Shown here: one piece after another, positions 1 to 10,371 of the stretch
Position numbering within the stretch: position 1 is the first letter of the stretch
Layout of the letters: every line of letters begins with the position of its first letter
Assembly: GCA_964625685.1 (NCBI GenBank)
Contig: CAZVBO010000002.1
Span: forward strand, 55,440 to 119,439
Length of the DNA: 64,000 nt
DNA from: an uncultured Pseudomonadales bacterium
Lineage (GTDB): Bacteria; Patescibacteriota; Microgenomatia; UBA1400; PJMF01
Direction: 5' to 3'
The notes under the pieces: model-generated
What the model was told of the DNA's origin: nothing
Databases searched by the model: none
Seen by the model: only the letters and a program-made list of their open reading frames with translations
Position numbers and translations under genes: made by a program

Positions 1-1143
1 TGTATAGAAAATCCCACTCTGAAACTAAATTGTGTTCCATTGGTCTATCTTTGTAGTAACTATAGGCAAAAGTTTCAACGCCCGATCCGAGCAGAGGATA
101 TCGTTTCCAAACATCAATTGCCCCTTTCCAAACAATCTTTCTAATCTCTCCCGAATCGGTGCCACCCACTTCCAATCTATCAACGGGATTCTGGGTTTGA
201 TCAGTGATCGGTGGCTCTTCGGTTGCTACTTCTTGATGAATAAGCTGAGACACACTGGGAGTATAGGGACTACCAAAGATGAGAATGGGAGTGGCTAAGC
301 CAAGGAATAAAAGACTGATTGATTTCCAAGGTAACATCGACCATTCAAAATGAAGTTTCTTTTTTCTAGAAAGAGCTGACAAGATTACGCCACCGAGGAA
401 CACTCCCAAACCTATTGCTAAGCCCAGAAAACCAGACCGGGATTTGGTAAAGAGAAGGGTTGTGGTCAGAAGAACAGTAATAGCAGCGAAACTTATTTTT
501 TTTATTTTTGAAGGTGAAATGGCACTCAAGGCAATCCCGAGTGGAATCAATACTATAGTATAAGCAGCTAACCAGTTGGGTTGCCCAAAAGTACCAAAAA
601 TTCGGTTTTGAACATCCTGAACCCAGCATGAGACTCCAAAGTTTTTGCCACCACTAATGAGCCAACAACTGGGAGAATGTCCAAAATGCTCAGGCAAAGT
701 GTAGACAGTCACACCGAAAGCACTCGCAAATAAGGTCAACAATAATCCCTTCACTTGGTTGCGACTTAGATTATTAGCTACTACATAATAAAAAGTAGTA
801 TAGGTAATAGTGGAAAGCAGTCCACCATTAAAGCGACCGTAGTAGCCTAGCAGAGAGGTACGTGGATGAATCGAAAAAATGGTTGACAAAATTTGAGATC
901 CTAAAAATAGGAGAATGGGGATATCGAAAGGGGTACGTTTGATTAAAATTTTTTCCTGAATTACCATTCGAGCCAACCAAAAACAAAGGAGGATAGCTAC
1001 TAATCCGTAAGTAACCATCATTTTATTAAACTCGAAAAGCTCATCATTTATCCAGGTAAACGTAAAAGGCAAGATAAAAATCAAAAAATGAGTCAAAACC
1101 AGAATGGTTTTCTGAAAAAATCTATCAAGCTGAGACGACGACA
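1..1143 (-). CDS. O-antigen-ligase / Wzy_C-like polytopic membrane protein (3' end runs off the window; absent from supplied ORF track)
   Basis: Manual reverse-complement translation from the ATG at 1143 stays open to position 1 (MSSSQLDRFFQKTILVLTHFLIFILPF...LLFTKSRSGFLGLAIG...YPLLGSGVETFAYSYYKDRP). It has many hydrophobic helices. The TKSRSG and GSGxxTF motifs recall Wzy_C/O-antigen-ligase-like proteins. Track ORFs 32..298 and 366..629 lie in other frames. Confidence 0.6.
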
Positions 1144-1253
1144 TACTATGCAGTATAAGTGATTTAGGAGTAATCAGCTAGCGGTTAATATGGTACTATT
1201 AACAGTAATCCCTTACTAAGTAGAGGAGAGATTGTAAAAGGAGATTTACTCGT

Positions 1254-2024
1254 ATGGATACCAACCTGCCCCAAGATTCCAACATGGCCCCAACTCAACC
1301 GAATACACAGTCAACGAATTCCTATGTGGATTCTTATCAGCCACCTCAGTCATCGGTTGCAACTCCGGCTCCCGCCAGTGAGGCTCCGGTTACTGAACAT
1401 TACCAAACAGATTTTGCTTCACCCAGTCCAGCAGATGTTACCCCGGCTGCTCCTAGTGCTTCAATGCCAGCTGCCACTCCCACTGAAACTCCAGCAGTGA
1501 CCCCAGAACCAGTCTCAGCTACTTCTTCAACCCCAGCTTCGGCAACTCCAGTGAGTCCAAGCACTGAATCTGGTTCTTCTGAAACTCTGGAAGACCAAAA
1601 TATTTTCTTCTTATTAGGAGTAGAAGATGGAACGGAAGAAGAAAAAGAGTCATTTTTGGATGAATTGCAACAAGTTATTTGGGAAGATTTCTTAGAGAGT
1701 GATGTTGAGCTGTTAATTACCCAAGAAGAATTGACAGAGCTCAAAAAATTAATGGATAAGACGGATGTTTCAGAAGATCAAAAGCAAGAAGAAATTATTA
1801 CCTATTTAGAAAAACTCATTCCTGATTTAGAAGAAATCATGTTGGAAAAGGCCTTACAATTGAAAGAAGACATGGTGCGGGAACGAATTGTTGGAATGAA
1901 AGAGTACTTTGAAGGACAATCCGAAAAATTGTCAGCCATTGACGAAGCCGAAAGTCTGATCCAGAATGACAAATGGAGACAGGCTGCGGAAAAACTCAAC
2001 CACTTATTGCCGCCTGCTGAATAA
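1254..2024 (+). CDS. Hypothetical protein with a P/T/S/A-rich disordered N-terminus and an acidic helical C-terminus
   Basis: 256-aa ORF with an AAAGGAG-like RBS at 1238-1244. The low-complexity segment ATPTETPAVTPEPVSATSSTPASATPVSP is followed by an E/D/K-rich helical region. No family recognised. Confidence 0.55.
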   Translation: MDTNLPQDSNMAPTQPNTQSTNSYVDSYQPPQSSVATPAPASEAPVTEHYQTDFASPSPADVTPAAPSASMPAATPTETPAVTPEPVSATSSTPASATPVSPSTESGSSETLEDQNIFFLLGVEDGTEEEKESFLDELQQVIWEDFLESDVELLITQEELTELKKLMDKTDVSEDQKQEEIITYLEKLIPDLEEIMLEKALQLKEDMVRERIVGMKEYFEGQSEKLSAIDEAESLIQNDKWRQAAEKLNHLLPPAE

Positions 2025-2030
2025 TTTTGT

Positions 2031-3044
2031 ATGAGCCGATTTAGTTACTTGGTTTCAAAATTGGTGTCTTTGACCCCGTTGAAAGTAGTTCATTTGGGTG
2101 TGGATTTGGGTTCTTTTAAGACACGAGTCATGGTAGGACGCAAGTTAGTATTTGATGAGCCTACCTGTATTGCTGTTCATGATTCGACTAAAGAAGTGGT
2201 GGCAGTTGGTAGTAAAGCTTTTTCATTATTGGGTCGAACGGCACCCTCAATTCAAGTAGTTTTTCCCCTGGAAAGAGATGCAATTCATAATCGTACTTTA
2301 CTGAAACTGTTTTTACAGGAGGTTTTGAAAAAAATAGAACCAGCCCCAGTTGTACGATTCCAAGCTAAAGTAGCTATTCCTTTAAGTTTGAGTTCGTCTC
2401 ATCAAACTGTTTTAGGGGGAATTTTTAAAGATTTAGGAGGCGATCAAGTTGAGTTTATTCACCGTGGCCAAGCTGTTTATCAGTCACTGTTACATCAAAA
2501 GAAGATTGGGGCTACCGGGTGTATCTTGATTATGGGGAATGGTTCCACTGACATCATGTTGCTGGCACAGGGAGAAGAATTGGCACAAAAATCTATTTTA
2601 GTAGGGGGACTTGATTACACTCAAGCGATCATCAAAACTATTCGTCAACAATATCATGTGGAGATTGGTTTACAACCCGCTTATTCAATTCGAGATGAAA
2701 TAGGGAGTATTAGTCAACGAAATCTCAAAAAACATACTACTGTGGTTAGAGGAAAGGACCTAGTCAGTTGTTTGCCGGTTACTTTGACTGTTACGGCTAG
2801 CGATTTTGAGGCAGAGTTTCAAAAGCTCACTCAAGAAATTACTCATCAAATTTTAGGACTCTTTAGTACTTTATCATCAGAATTGGTAAATGAAATTGTA
2901 GAAAGCGGTATTATTTTAACTGGTGGATCAAGTCAAATATTGGGGCTTGAAAATGTACTAACTGACGCACTTCATTGTAAAGTCAGTAAGATGCCTCAGT
3001 CAGAGTATGATGTAGTAAGGGGATTAGCCTATGCGTTGGGATAA
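2031..3044 (+). CDS. mreB: MreB-like actin-family rod-shape protein (divergent)
   Basis: Phosphate-1-like motif GVDLGSFKTRV, a C-terminal IILTGGSSQILGL motif, and position directly upstream of mreC/mreD/PBP2. Confidence 0.7.
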   Translation: MSRFSYLVSKLVSLTPLKVVHLGVDLGSFKTRVMVGRKLVFDEPTCIAVHDSTKEVVAVGSKAFSLLGRTAPSIQVVFPLERDAIHNRTLLKLFLQEVLKKIEPAPVVRFQAKVAIPLSLSSSHQTVLGGIFKDLGGDQVEFIHRGQAVYQSLLHQKKIGATGCILIMGNGSTDIMLLAQGEELAQKSILVGGLDYTQAIIKTIRQQYHVEIGLQPAYSIRDEIGSISQRNLKKHTTVVRGKDLVSCLPVTLTVTASDFEAEFQKLTQEITHQILGLFSTLSSELVNEIVESGIILTGGSSQILGLENVLTDALHCKVSKMPQSEYDVVRGLAYALG

Positions 3045-3816
3045 TCATGACCGGTTAGTGTTTCCTAGATCCTATTTGAGTGTTTTGCTCGTTATTTTTA
3101 TTGCTGGAGTGTTACAGTTTGTAAATCTGGATCAACCTCTACGACAAGGTGGAGAAAAATTACTCTTACCATTACAAACCCAAACCGCTCGATTAGCCCG
3201 TTGGTTACTCGAACCCTATCAACTTTTTCAAAATGCATATCAAGCTAGTAATAAAATTGAAGATCTAGAGCTTCGATACTCTGAGGCCTTAGCCCAACTG
3301 GGAGAAATGAATGCTCTCAAAGAGGAAAATGAGGCTTTACGAGCTTTAGTGGAGAACACTGATCGGAAACTAACGCAGAATCTCATCTCCACGCCCATTA
3401 TTGCTTATGGTCAGCCTTCTATTGGCAGTGGGAGCCAAGAGGGAGTGATGGAAGGAGATTTAGTTTTATCTGCTCAGACGCTGGTGGGTCGAATTGGTAA
3501 AATATCAGATCATCAAGCTTTAGTAATTTTACTTTCTAGTGAAGAGACCCAACCAATTTTAGTGAAAACTGAACAGAATATAGAAGGAATTATCATTGGT
3601 GATGGCAAACATATTGTCTTAACTGAGATTCCAAGCGATGTTGAACTACAGCTTCAAGAACGAGTGGTGACTGCTGGTCAAGAAGGGATTCAAAAAGATA
3701 TTTTTGTAGGCAAAATTAGCTATATCAAAAAAGATCCTGCTTCCTCGACCCAGCAAGCCTATATTGAGCAGTTAGTTTCATTCTATGACTCTCGAATAGT
3801 GGAGGTAGTGAAATGA
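3031..3816 (+). CDS. mreC: Rod shape-determining protein MreC
   Basis: N-terminal TM helix, a coiled coil (LELRYSEALAQLGEMNALKEENEALRAL) and a beta-rich C-terminus. It overlaps the mreB stop by 14 nt and is ATGA-coupled to the next gene. Confidence 0.7.
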   Translation: MRWDNHDRLVFPRSYLSVLLVIFIAGVLQFVNLDQPLRQGGEKLLLPLQTQTARLARWLLEPYQLFQNAYQASNKIEDLELRYSEALAQLGEMNALKEENEALRALVENTDRKLTQNLISTPIIAYGQPSIGSGSQEGVMEGDLVLSAQTLVGRIGKISDHQALVILLSSEETQPILVKTEQNIEGIIIGDGKHIVLTEIPSDVELQLQERVVTAGQEGIQKDIFVGKISYIKKDPASSTQQAYIEQLVSFYDSRIVEVVK

Positions 3817-4274
3817 ACGTCTGGTTGAAGAAAATATTGGAATTTAGTGGATTATTAGTTCTTTTGTCTTTAGAACATGCTTTTGGTTTACCTATTGCTT
3901 TTTTGATGGGACTATTTTTAGTAACAGCAGATATGTCCTCAGAGTTACGACTCTGGAGCAGTTTGGGATGGGGAATACCACTAGGTTTAATCTATGTACT
4001 TCCCTTTTGGCAGGCAATGGTGATTCTAGTAGGTGGCATCTTTTTATATGAATGGCTATCTAAATTTATGTCAGGAGAAATTCGTCGATTAATGGTAGTA
4101 GCAGGAATCCAAACCATCAGCTTGTGGGTGTTGACTTCATTCTCCGTCAATTGGGTGACAGTCAGTTATCATGGAGCAATTTTAGTGGGGACGACACTGC
4201 TTATTTTTTTGAGTCGTTTATGGAAGTATCGAAGTGGCAGCATTGGTTTCTCTCAAAGGTATAGGTTAAAATAG
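3813..4274 (+). CDS. mreD: MreD-like small polytopic membrane protein
   Basis: 153 aa and almost entirely hydrophobic helices. ATGA overlap with mreC. The call rests on synteny (mreB-mreC-mreD-PBP2). Confidence 0.5.
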   Translation: MNVWLKKILEFSGLLVLLSLEHAFGLPIAFLMGLFLVTADMSSELRLWSSLGWGIPLGLIYVLPFWQAMVILVGGIFLYEWLSKFMSGEIRRLMVVAGIQTISLWVLTSFSVNWVTVSYHGAILVGTTLLIFLSRLWKYRSGSIGFSQRYRLK

Positions 4275-4278
4275 GGTA

Positions 4279-6117
4279 ATGTTAAAAAAAATTTTTCCTC
4301 AGCAATGGGCGTTTCGACTCTACGTTTTTGGGTTAGCCCTGTTGGTCAGCTTTTTAGCGGTTCGGTTGGTGGATGTACAATTAGTCCGAGGAGAGACTTT
4401 TCTTAATCGAGCAGATAATAATCGATTTTTTGTGATGCCAGTGCTCGCATCTCGAGGTATTTTTTTGGACAGATATAATCAGCCATTAGTCCTCAATAAA
4501 AAGCAGTATTATCAACTTGAATCTCCCACCGCTTTATATTCGCAAATGACTCCTCTAGATTCTACTCAGGCGTTGAATGCTATAGCGAGTGATTCAAGTC
4601 GTGTCACTTCTCAGGAACAACGTAATTATCTCCATCCGACGGTACTATCTCCAGTATTAGGTTATGTGGGGAGCGTAACTGCTGAAGACTTAGAACAAAA
4701 CTCAAATTTATTACCCACCTCACTCATTGGAAAATCTGGATTAGAATTGAAGTTTAATGATCGCTTAATGGGCAAGAACGGGAGTACCTATTTTGAAATC
4801 AATGCAAATGGGGAACGGCAACGAGTTATTCGAAAAGTTGAACCAATTGCTGGGGAGAATATCCAAACTACTTTGGATCCTTATTTATCAGAAATTGCCT
4901 ATCAAGCTTTAGGAGACCAGCGAGGAAGTGTCATTATTGCCGATGCCAGTAATGGTCAAATTTTAACTTTACTCAGCAAACCCACTTTTGATGACAATAT
5001 CATGAGTACTCCTTATGCCGACCCAGAACAGGAAAAAGCACGAAAGAATGTAGTTAACGCGTGGTTCAATGATCCTTTAAAACCGTTTTTTAATCGAGCC
5101 ATTGGGGGGGCTTATCCACCAGGGTCAGTTTTTAAAATTGTGACCGCTCTAGCTGGCTTGGAAAATGAGAAGTTGACCGCTGATACTACCGTGACTGACG
5201 AAGGGAGTCTAGAAGTAGGCGATTATGAATACCGATCATGGTACTACTGGGGTTATGGCCGAGTAGAGGGGGAAATTAATGTGGTCGAAGCCTTAGCTCG
5301 AAGTAATGACATTTTCTTTTATAAAACAGCGGAATGGGTTGGGCCTGATTTATTAGCAGCCATGGCTCGTTCCTTTGGTTTCGGGCGGAAAGTTGGGATT
5401 GATTTAGCAGGTGAAGCAGCTGGGTTGGTGCCTGATCCGGCCTGGAAAGAACAGGCCACCGGAGAACAATGGTATCTAGGCAATACGTATCATTTTGGAA
5501 TTGGGCAAGGGGACCTGACGGTTACTCCGTTGCAGGTGAACCAGATGATTCAAACAGTGGGGAATAACGGTACGATGTGTACGCCCACACTGACCATTCA
5601 AGAAGGGAATAACTGTCATGAGATTGGAATTCAAGAACAGAATTTAAATTTGGTATTAGAAGGATTACTTGATGTGTGTTCGCCAGGGGGGACTGCTTTT
5701 CCTTTTTTCTCCTATAACGAAGCGGTAACTACTCCAGAGGCAGATGTGAAGGAGAGTTTGGCCAATGGAGCGGTAGCTTGTAAAACTGGAACTGCTGAGT
5801 GGGGTGAGGTAGATGAGAAAGGTTATCGAAAAACTCATGGTTGGTGGGTGGGAATTGTACCCGTTTCTCACGATAGAGTGATGAATACACTTCCCGAGAG
5901 TTGTCAGAATGAGGTTGAAGCTTCTAGTAATGATCTGCCGACTCCTTGTTCACTCCGTTCTGCTTGGTTGGATCAAGTGAAACAGCATGATTTTCCTTCT
6001 AGAGTGGTGATTACAGTCTTGGTAGAAAGCGATGAGACTGACCCTTATAAGGAAGGATCTGAGGATGCTGCTCCAGTTGGCAAACAAATTGTGGATTGGA
6101 TGATGGGTCAAATCTAG
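4279..6117 (+). CDS. mrdA: Penicillin-binding protein 2 (class B transpeptidase)
   Basis: N-terminal TM anchor, SxxK (PPGSVFKIV), SxN (RSNDIFF) and KTG (ACKTGTAE) motifs, and mre-operon context. Confidence 0.85.
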   Translation: MLKKIFPQQWAFRLYVFGLALLVSFLAVRLVDVQLVRGETFLNRADNNRFFVMPVLASRGIFLDRYNQPLVLNKKQYYQLESPTALYSQMTPLDSTQALNAIASDSSRVTSQEQRNYLHPTVLSPVLGYVGSVTAEDLEQNSNLLPTSLIGKSGLELKFNDRLMGKNGSTYFEINANGERQRVIRKVEPIAGENIQTTLDPYLSEIAYQALGDQRGSVIIADASNGQILTLLSKPTFDDNIMSTPYADPEQEKARKNVVNAWFNDPLKPFFNRAIGGAYPPGSVFKIVTALAGLENEKLTADTTVTDEGSLEVGDYEYRSWYYWGYGRVEGEINVVEALARSNDIFFYKTAEWVGPDLLAAMARSFGFGRKVGIDLAGEAAGLVPDPAWKEQATGEQWYLGNTYHFGIGQGDLTVTPLQVNQMIQTVGNNGTMCTPTLTIQEGNNCHEIGIQEQNLNLVLEGLLDVCSPGGTAFPFFSYNEAVTTPEADVKESLANGAVACKTGTAEWGEVDEKGYRKTHGWWVGIVPVSHDRVMNTLPESCQNEVEASSNDLPTPCSLRSAWLDQVKQHDFPSRVVITVLVESDETDPYKEGSEDAAPVGKQIVDWMMGQI

Positions 6118-6159
6118 ATTTCACTTAAAAGACACTTTTCTATCGTATATTTCCATGTT

Positions 6160-7329
6160 ATGGAATGGTGGAAAAAAGTGACCTATGACGACAAAAGAGT
6201 CTTAACTGCTCTATTATCTTGTGATGGGATTGGTCCCAAAACCATTGAGCATTTGCTGAATTTTCTGTGGCAAAGTCATTTCGCATTGATGGAATTTTGG
6301 GATGAACCCAAACTATGTTCGGATAATTTTCGTTTGTCAGAACGACAACTGATAGGGATTGAGAATTTTAAAAAAAAATACTCAATACATAATTATTTAA
6401 ATGAATTATCAGATAAAAATATTAAAGTAATTTTTCCTGATGAACTATTGTACCCGCCACTTTTACAGCAAATTCCCGATTACCCTGTGATGCTATTTGT
6501 GAAAGGTAATTTGGATTTTATTCATGATTTCCCCATAGCGGTAGTAGGGAGTCGAAGTATGACTGAATATGGTCAAATGGCGACCGATCTGATTGTGAGC
6601 CAACTGGTTAGTGTGGGAGCTCAGATTATTTCAGGAGGTATGTATGGGATTGACACTCAAGCACATCAGTCCTGTCTAAAATATGGTGGACCAACAGTCT
6701 GCGTTTTAGGATACGGTTTTGATTATGCTTATCCAGAAACCCACCAATTATTTTTTGAGGAATTGCTTCAACAGGGAGGCACCATTCTGACTGAATTTGC
6801 ACCAACTGTGTCACCTAAACCAGGGAATTTTCCTCGAAGGAACCGAATTGTAGCCGGGATGAGTTTAGGTACGGTGGTCATTGAAGCAGCTAAAAAAAGT
6901 GGTAGTCAAATTACAGCCAGATTGGCTGCAGAATATGGACGAGAGGTTTTTGCTGTACCTGGAAGTATTACTAATCCTTACACAGAAGGCACCAAAATTC
7001 TGATCAATGAAGGGGCAAAACTCGTCAGTTCCGCCACCGACATTCTAGAAGAACTGCACCAGCACTACACTTCTTTACCTGTTTTTGATTCTCATAAAAA
7101 TGTACTCAGTTTGCCAACAAAAAATGATCAAATAGAACAAAAAAATTTACCGGAATTTAGTTCTGATCACCACAAACAGCTCTTTGTGATACTCAAATCC
7201 CAATCGCACACTACGGATGAATTGTGTCAGATGTTACAATTACCCTTTGTCCAATTGAGCCCGTTATTAACCGAGTTGGAGCTTGAAGGCTTAATCGAAA
7301 ACAGGGGCGAAGTGTGGCAGTGTAAATAG
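6160..7329 (+). CDS. dprA: DNA-processing protein DprA (Smf)
   Basis: Rossmann-like DprA core (IAVVGSRSMTEYG, ISGGMYGIDTQAH, FPRRNRIVAG, VIEAAKKSGS) plus a C-terminal winged-helix-like tail. Confidence 0.85.
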   Translation: MEWWKKVTYDDKRVLTALLSCDGIGPKTIEHLLNFLWQSHFALMEFWDEPKLCSDNFRLSERQLIGIENFKKKYSIHNYLNELSDKNIKVIFPDELLYPPLLQQIPDYPVMLFVKGNLDFIHDFPIAVVGSRSMTEYGQMATDLIVSQLVSVGAQIISGGMYGIDTQAHQSCLKYGGPTVCVLGYGFDYAYPETHQLFFEELLQQGGTILTEFAPTVSPKPGNFPRRNRIVAGMSLGTVVIEAAKKSGSQITARLAAEYGREVFAVPGSITNPYTEGTKILINEGAKLVSSATDILEELHQHYTSLPVFDSHKNVLSLPTKNDQIEQKNLPEFSSDHHKQLFVILKSQSHTTDELCQMLQLPFVQLSPLLTELELEGLIENRGEVWQCK

Positions 7330-7366
7330 TGTACAATGAAACATTGTGACGAGGAAAAGGAAAGTT

Positions 7367-9562
7367 ATGAAGTTAGTTATTGTAGAATCACCAACTAAAG
7401 CCAAAAAATTAAAAGAATACTTGGGAAGAGATTTTCATATTGAGGCTTCGGTAGGACATGTGCGTGATTTGCCCAAGAAAAATTTGGGCATTGATATTGA
7501 ACATAATTTTGAACCCACGTATGAAGTCAGTGCTGATAAGAAAAAAGTGGTTTCTCAATTAAAAAAACTTTCTAAAACTGCTGATACGGTTTATCTGGCA
7601 ATGGACCCTGATCGCGAGGGGGAAGCCATTGCTTGGCATATTGAGCAACTACTGGGCAAGAAAAAGTTTTTGAGAGCTACCTTTCATGAAATCACCAAAT
7701 CAGCTGTTCAGGAAGCTATCAGTCATCCTGGTGAACTAAACATGAGTCTAGTTGATGCGCAACAGGCTCGTCGAGTTTTAGATCGATTAGTGGGGTATCA
7801 AATTTCACCGGTACTCTGGAAAAAAATCCGTCGTGGCTTATCAGCTGGTCGGGTTCAGTCAGTTGCCTTGAGATTAATTGTCGAGCGAGAGCGAGAAATT
7901 GCCGCTTTTGTCCCAGAAGAATATTGGGAAGTCGATGTATTATTGGCAGTGACAGAACAAGCTTTTTCTAGACAAAAAAAGAAACCAACTGAAAAACCGG
8001 GCTGGTTGGAAACCACACCGGCTGAAATGTTGGTGGGGAGAGTGATTGAAGTCAATCAAAAAAAGTACGAACCAAAAAAAGAAGAACAGGTAACAGATTT
8101 ATTACAAGCTTTGGAAAAAGCAAGTTATCAAGTGCAATCAGTCGAGCGAAAAGAGAGAAAACGCTCACCTTTTGCTCCTTTTACCACTTCAACTCTTCAA
8201 CAAGGAGCTGCCAATAAATTAGGTTTTACGAGTAAACAGACCATGACTTTGGCTCAACAACTCTATGAAGAAGGACTTATTACTTATCATCGAACAGATT
8301 CGGTGAACCTTTCAACTCAGGCTATTGGTACTGCTCGGGGGTTGATTCAACAGCAGTATGGTGAAAAATACCTGCCAGGGAAACCCAACTACTATAGTGC
8401 CAAATCAAAAAATGCCCAAGAAGCTCATGAAGCAATCCGTGTAACTGATCTTTCGATTGTTAAGGATGCCATTTTAGCCAAAAGTAGTAAGTACACGCCC
8501 AATCATGTAAAGTTATATGATTTGATCTGGCGGCGATTTGTTGCCAGCCAGATGACCGATGCCATCTATGATGGGACAACAATTACGACGCAGGCCAAAT
8601 TTACTGATTCTAACCTGAAGTCAGCAACCTTGAGAACCACAGGCTCAGTTTTAAAATTTGACGGTTGGATGAAACTCTTTCCTGGTGGAGAGGATAATTT
8701 ATTGCCTGAGGTTTCAGTAGATCAATCACTTCACTTCGAAGATCTTCATGGAGCTCAAAAATTTACGCAACCTCCAGCACGTTACAATGATGCCTCTTTG
8801 GTCAAAGAATTGGAAAAACGAGGCATTGGGCGACCCAGTACCTATGCCTCTATTATTTCTGTCTTGGAAGCTCGTGGCTATGTAACCCGCGATAAAAAAC
8901 GTTTTATCGCTTCTCCAGTAGGAATGACCGTCACCGATTTTTTGAATGACCACTTTGCGGAAATTATGGATTATGATTTTACTGCTGAAATGGAGGAAGA
9001 CTTAGATCGGGTTTCTCGTGGTGAAAAGGACTGGCGCAAAATTGTTAAAGAATTTTATGGTCCCTTTGAAAAACAAATTGACACGGTAATTGATAAAGCA
9101 GATCGAGTTCAAATTCCAGTAGAGAAGACAGGTGAAAAATGTCCTGACTGTTTGGAGAGACTAAAGAAAGGCGAAATCAATGAATCGGAAGTAGGTGAAG
9201 TAGTTATCCGATCTGGCCGGTTTGGCAAATTCAAGAGTTGTAGCCGATTTCCAGAATGTAAATATACGGAAAATATTGTCGAAACAGTGCCTGGCGTCAA
9301 GTGTCCACTCTGTGGAAAAGGCGATGTGATTGCTCGTAACACTCGCTGGGGAAGACAGTTCTATGGATGTAGTGAATATCCCAAATGTGATTGGGCCAGT
9401 TGGACTCCACCTAAACCCGGTGACAAAATTACACCAGCAGAGTGGAAGAAACAACAAGCGGCTCGAGCTGAGCGCAATGCTAAACGTAAAGCCACGATGG
9501 AAGCAAGGTATGGGAAATCAAAAGCTGGAAAACCAAAAGTAAAAAGCAAAAAAAAGAGTTGA
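7367..9562 (+). CDS. topA: DNA topoisomerase I
   Basis: Toprim start MKLVIVESPTKAKK, catalytic region LITYHRTDS, C-terminal Cys4 zinc ribbons (CPDC...C..C; CPLC...C..C) and a basic tail. The ATG at 7367 with an upstream GGAAAAGGAAAG is preferred over the GTG at 7346. Confidence 0.95.
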   Translation: MKLVIVESPTKAKKLKEYLGRDFHIEASVGHVRDLPKKNLGIDIEHNFEPTYEVSADKKKVVSQLKKLSKTADTVYLAMDPDREGEAIAWHIEQLLGKKKFLRATFHEITKSAVQEAISHPGELNMSLVDAQQARRVLDRLVGYQISPVLWKKIRRGLSAGRVQSVALRLIVEREREIAAFVPEEYWEVDVLLAVTEQAFSRQKKKPTEKPGWLETTPAEMLVGRVIEVNQKKYEPKKEEQVTDLLQALEKASYQVQSVERKERKRSPFAPFTTSTLQQGAANKLGFTSKQTMTLAQQLYEEGLITYHRTDSVNLSTQAIGTARGLIQQQYGEKYLPGKPNYYSAKSKNAQEAHEAIRVTDLSIVKDAILAKSSKYTPNHVKLYDLIWRRFVASQMTDAIYDGTTITTQAKFTDSNLKSATLRTTGSVLKFDGWMKLFPGGEDNLLPEVSVDQSLHFEDLHGAQKFTQPPARYNDASLVKELEKRGIGRPSTYASIISVLEARGYVTRDKKRFIASPVGMTVTDFLNDHFAEIMDYDFTAEMEEDLDRVSRGEKDWRKIVKEFYGPFEKQIDTVIDKADRVQIPVEKTGEKCPDCLERLKKGEINESEVGEVVIRSGRFGKFKSCSRFPECKYTENIVETVPGVKCPLCGKGDVIARNTRWGRQFYGCSEYPKCDWASWTPPKPGDKITPAEWKKQQAARAERNAKRKATMEARYGKSKAGKPKVKSKKKS

Positions 9563-9636
9563 AAGAATAAAGTTACTAGTTACTGGTAATTGGAACTTGT
9601 TTGGATTTTGATATTTTTTATTAATCGAGTTTAACT

Positions 9637-10200
9637 ATGTCAAAAATTGCGCTTTTCGGTGGAGCGTTTGATCCGCCACATTTAGGTCACCAGGCTGTAA
9701 CAGCAGCTTTACTGGAAAAACAACTGGTAGATGAGGTCTGGTATGTACCAGTATTTCAGCATCCTTGGGCAGATAAATTGGGTAAACACCACATTTCAGA
9801 TTATCAGCAACGGGTCGAAATGCTGGAACTGATCACACAAAAAGGCAGCAGAGTTGCTCATTTTAAAGATGTCAGCTTTACCTATCCGACACTGCTTTAT
9901 TTTTCCCAAAAATACCCCGAATATAAATTTTGGTGGGTGATGGGTTCCGAATATTTGTCAAAGTTTAATCTCTTTTTGGAAGGTCACCCCAAACTAGTAG
10001 ACTTTCCATTTTTTATTTATCCTCGAGCAGGGTTTCCGATGAAACCTCTCTATGAAAATATGATCCCGGTTGAAGGAGTACAAGAAGTAACGATTGCTTC
10101 CACTCAAATTCGAGAAGCAGTCAAACAAGGGAATTCCATTTATGGTTTAGTAGACCCTCAGGTCAAAGCCTATCTTGACTCACATCAACTCTACTTATAG
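9637..10200 (+). CDS. nadD: Nicotinate-nucleotide adenylyltransferase
   Basis: IALFGGAFDPPHLGH (HxGH nucleotidyltransferase motif) and an ISSTxxR-like IASTQIREAV motif. Confidence 0.85.
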   Translation: MSKIALFGGAFDPPHLGHQAVTAALLEKQLVDEVWYVPVFQHPWADKLGKHHISDYQQRVEMLELITQKGSRVAHFKDVSFTYPTLLYFSQKYPEYKFWWVMGSEYLSKFNLFLEGHPKLVDFPFFIYPRAGFPMKPLYENMIPVEGVQEVTIASTQIREAVKQGNSIYGLVDPQVKAYLDSHQLYL

Positions 10201-10371
10201 AGTGAGCTATATTAGTAAACTTAAAGACAGTTATGGATCAATTCATTATTTCTGCAATTTTGTCATTAACGGTGGTAGCGGGGATTGCTTCACTTTGGAC
10301 TCCTATTTCCAGTTTGGGAAGGTTGCTTTTTAAGTATCTCCAGAAACTTATTTCAGGACCAATTAACATGG

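Noticed and set aside
32-629. Track ORFs 32..298 (+) and 366..629 (-)
   Set aside because: Both lie in frames other than the long open minus-strand frame (1143 to <1) that encodes a coherent Wzy_C-like membrane protein. Their translations look random.
1400-1999. Antisense ORFs 1400..1744 and 1802..1999
   Set aside because: They sit opposite the low-complexity gene 1254..2024 and are typical shadow ORFs of biased-composition sequence, with no start context.
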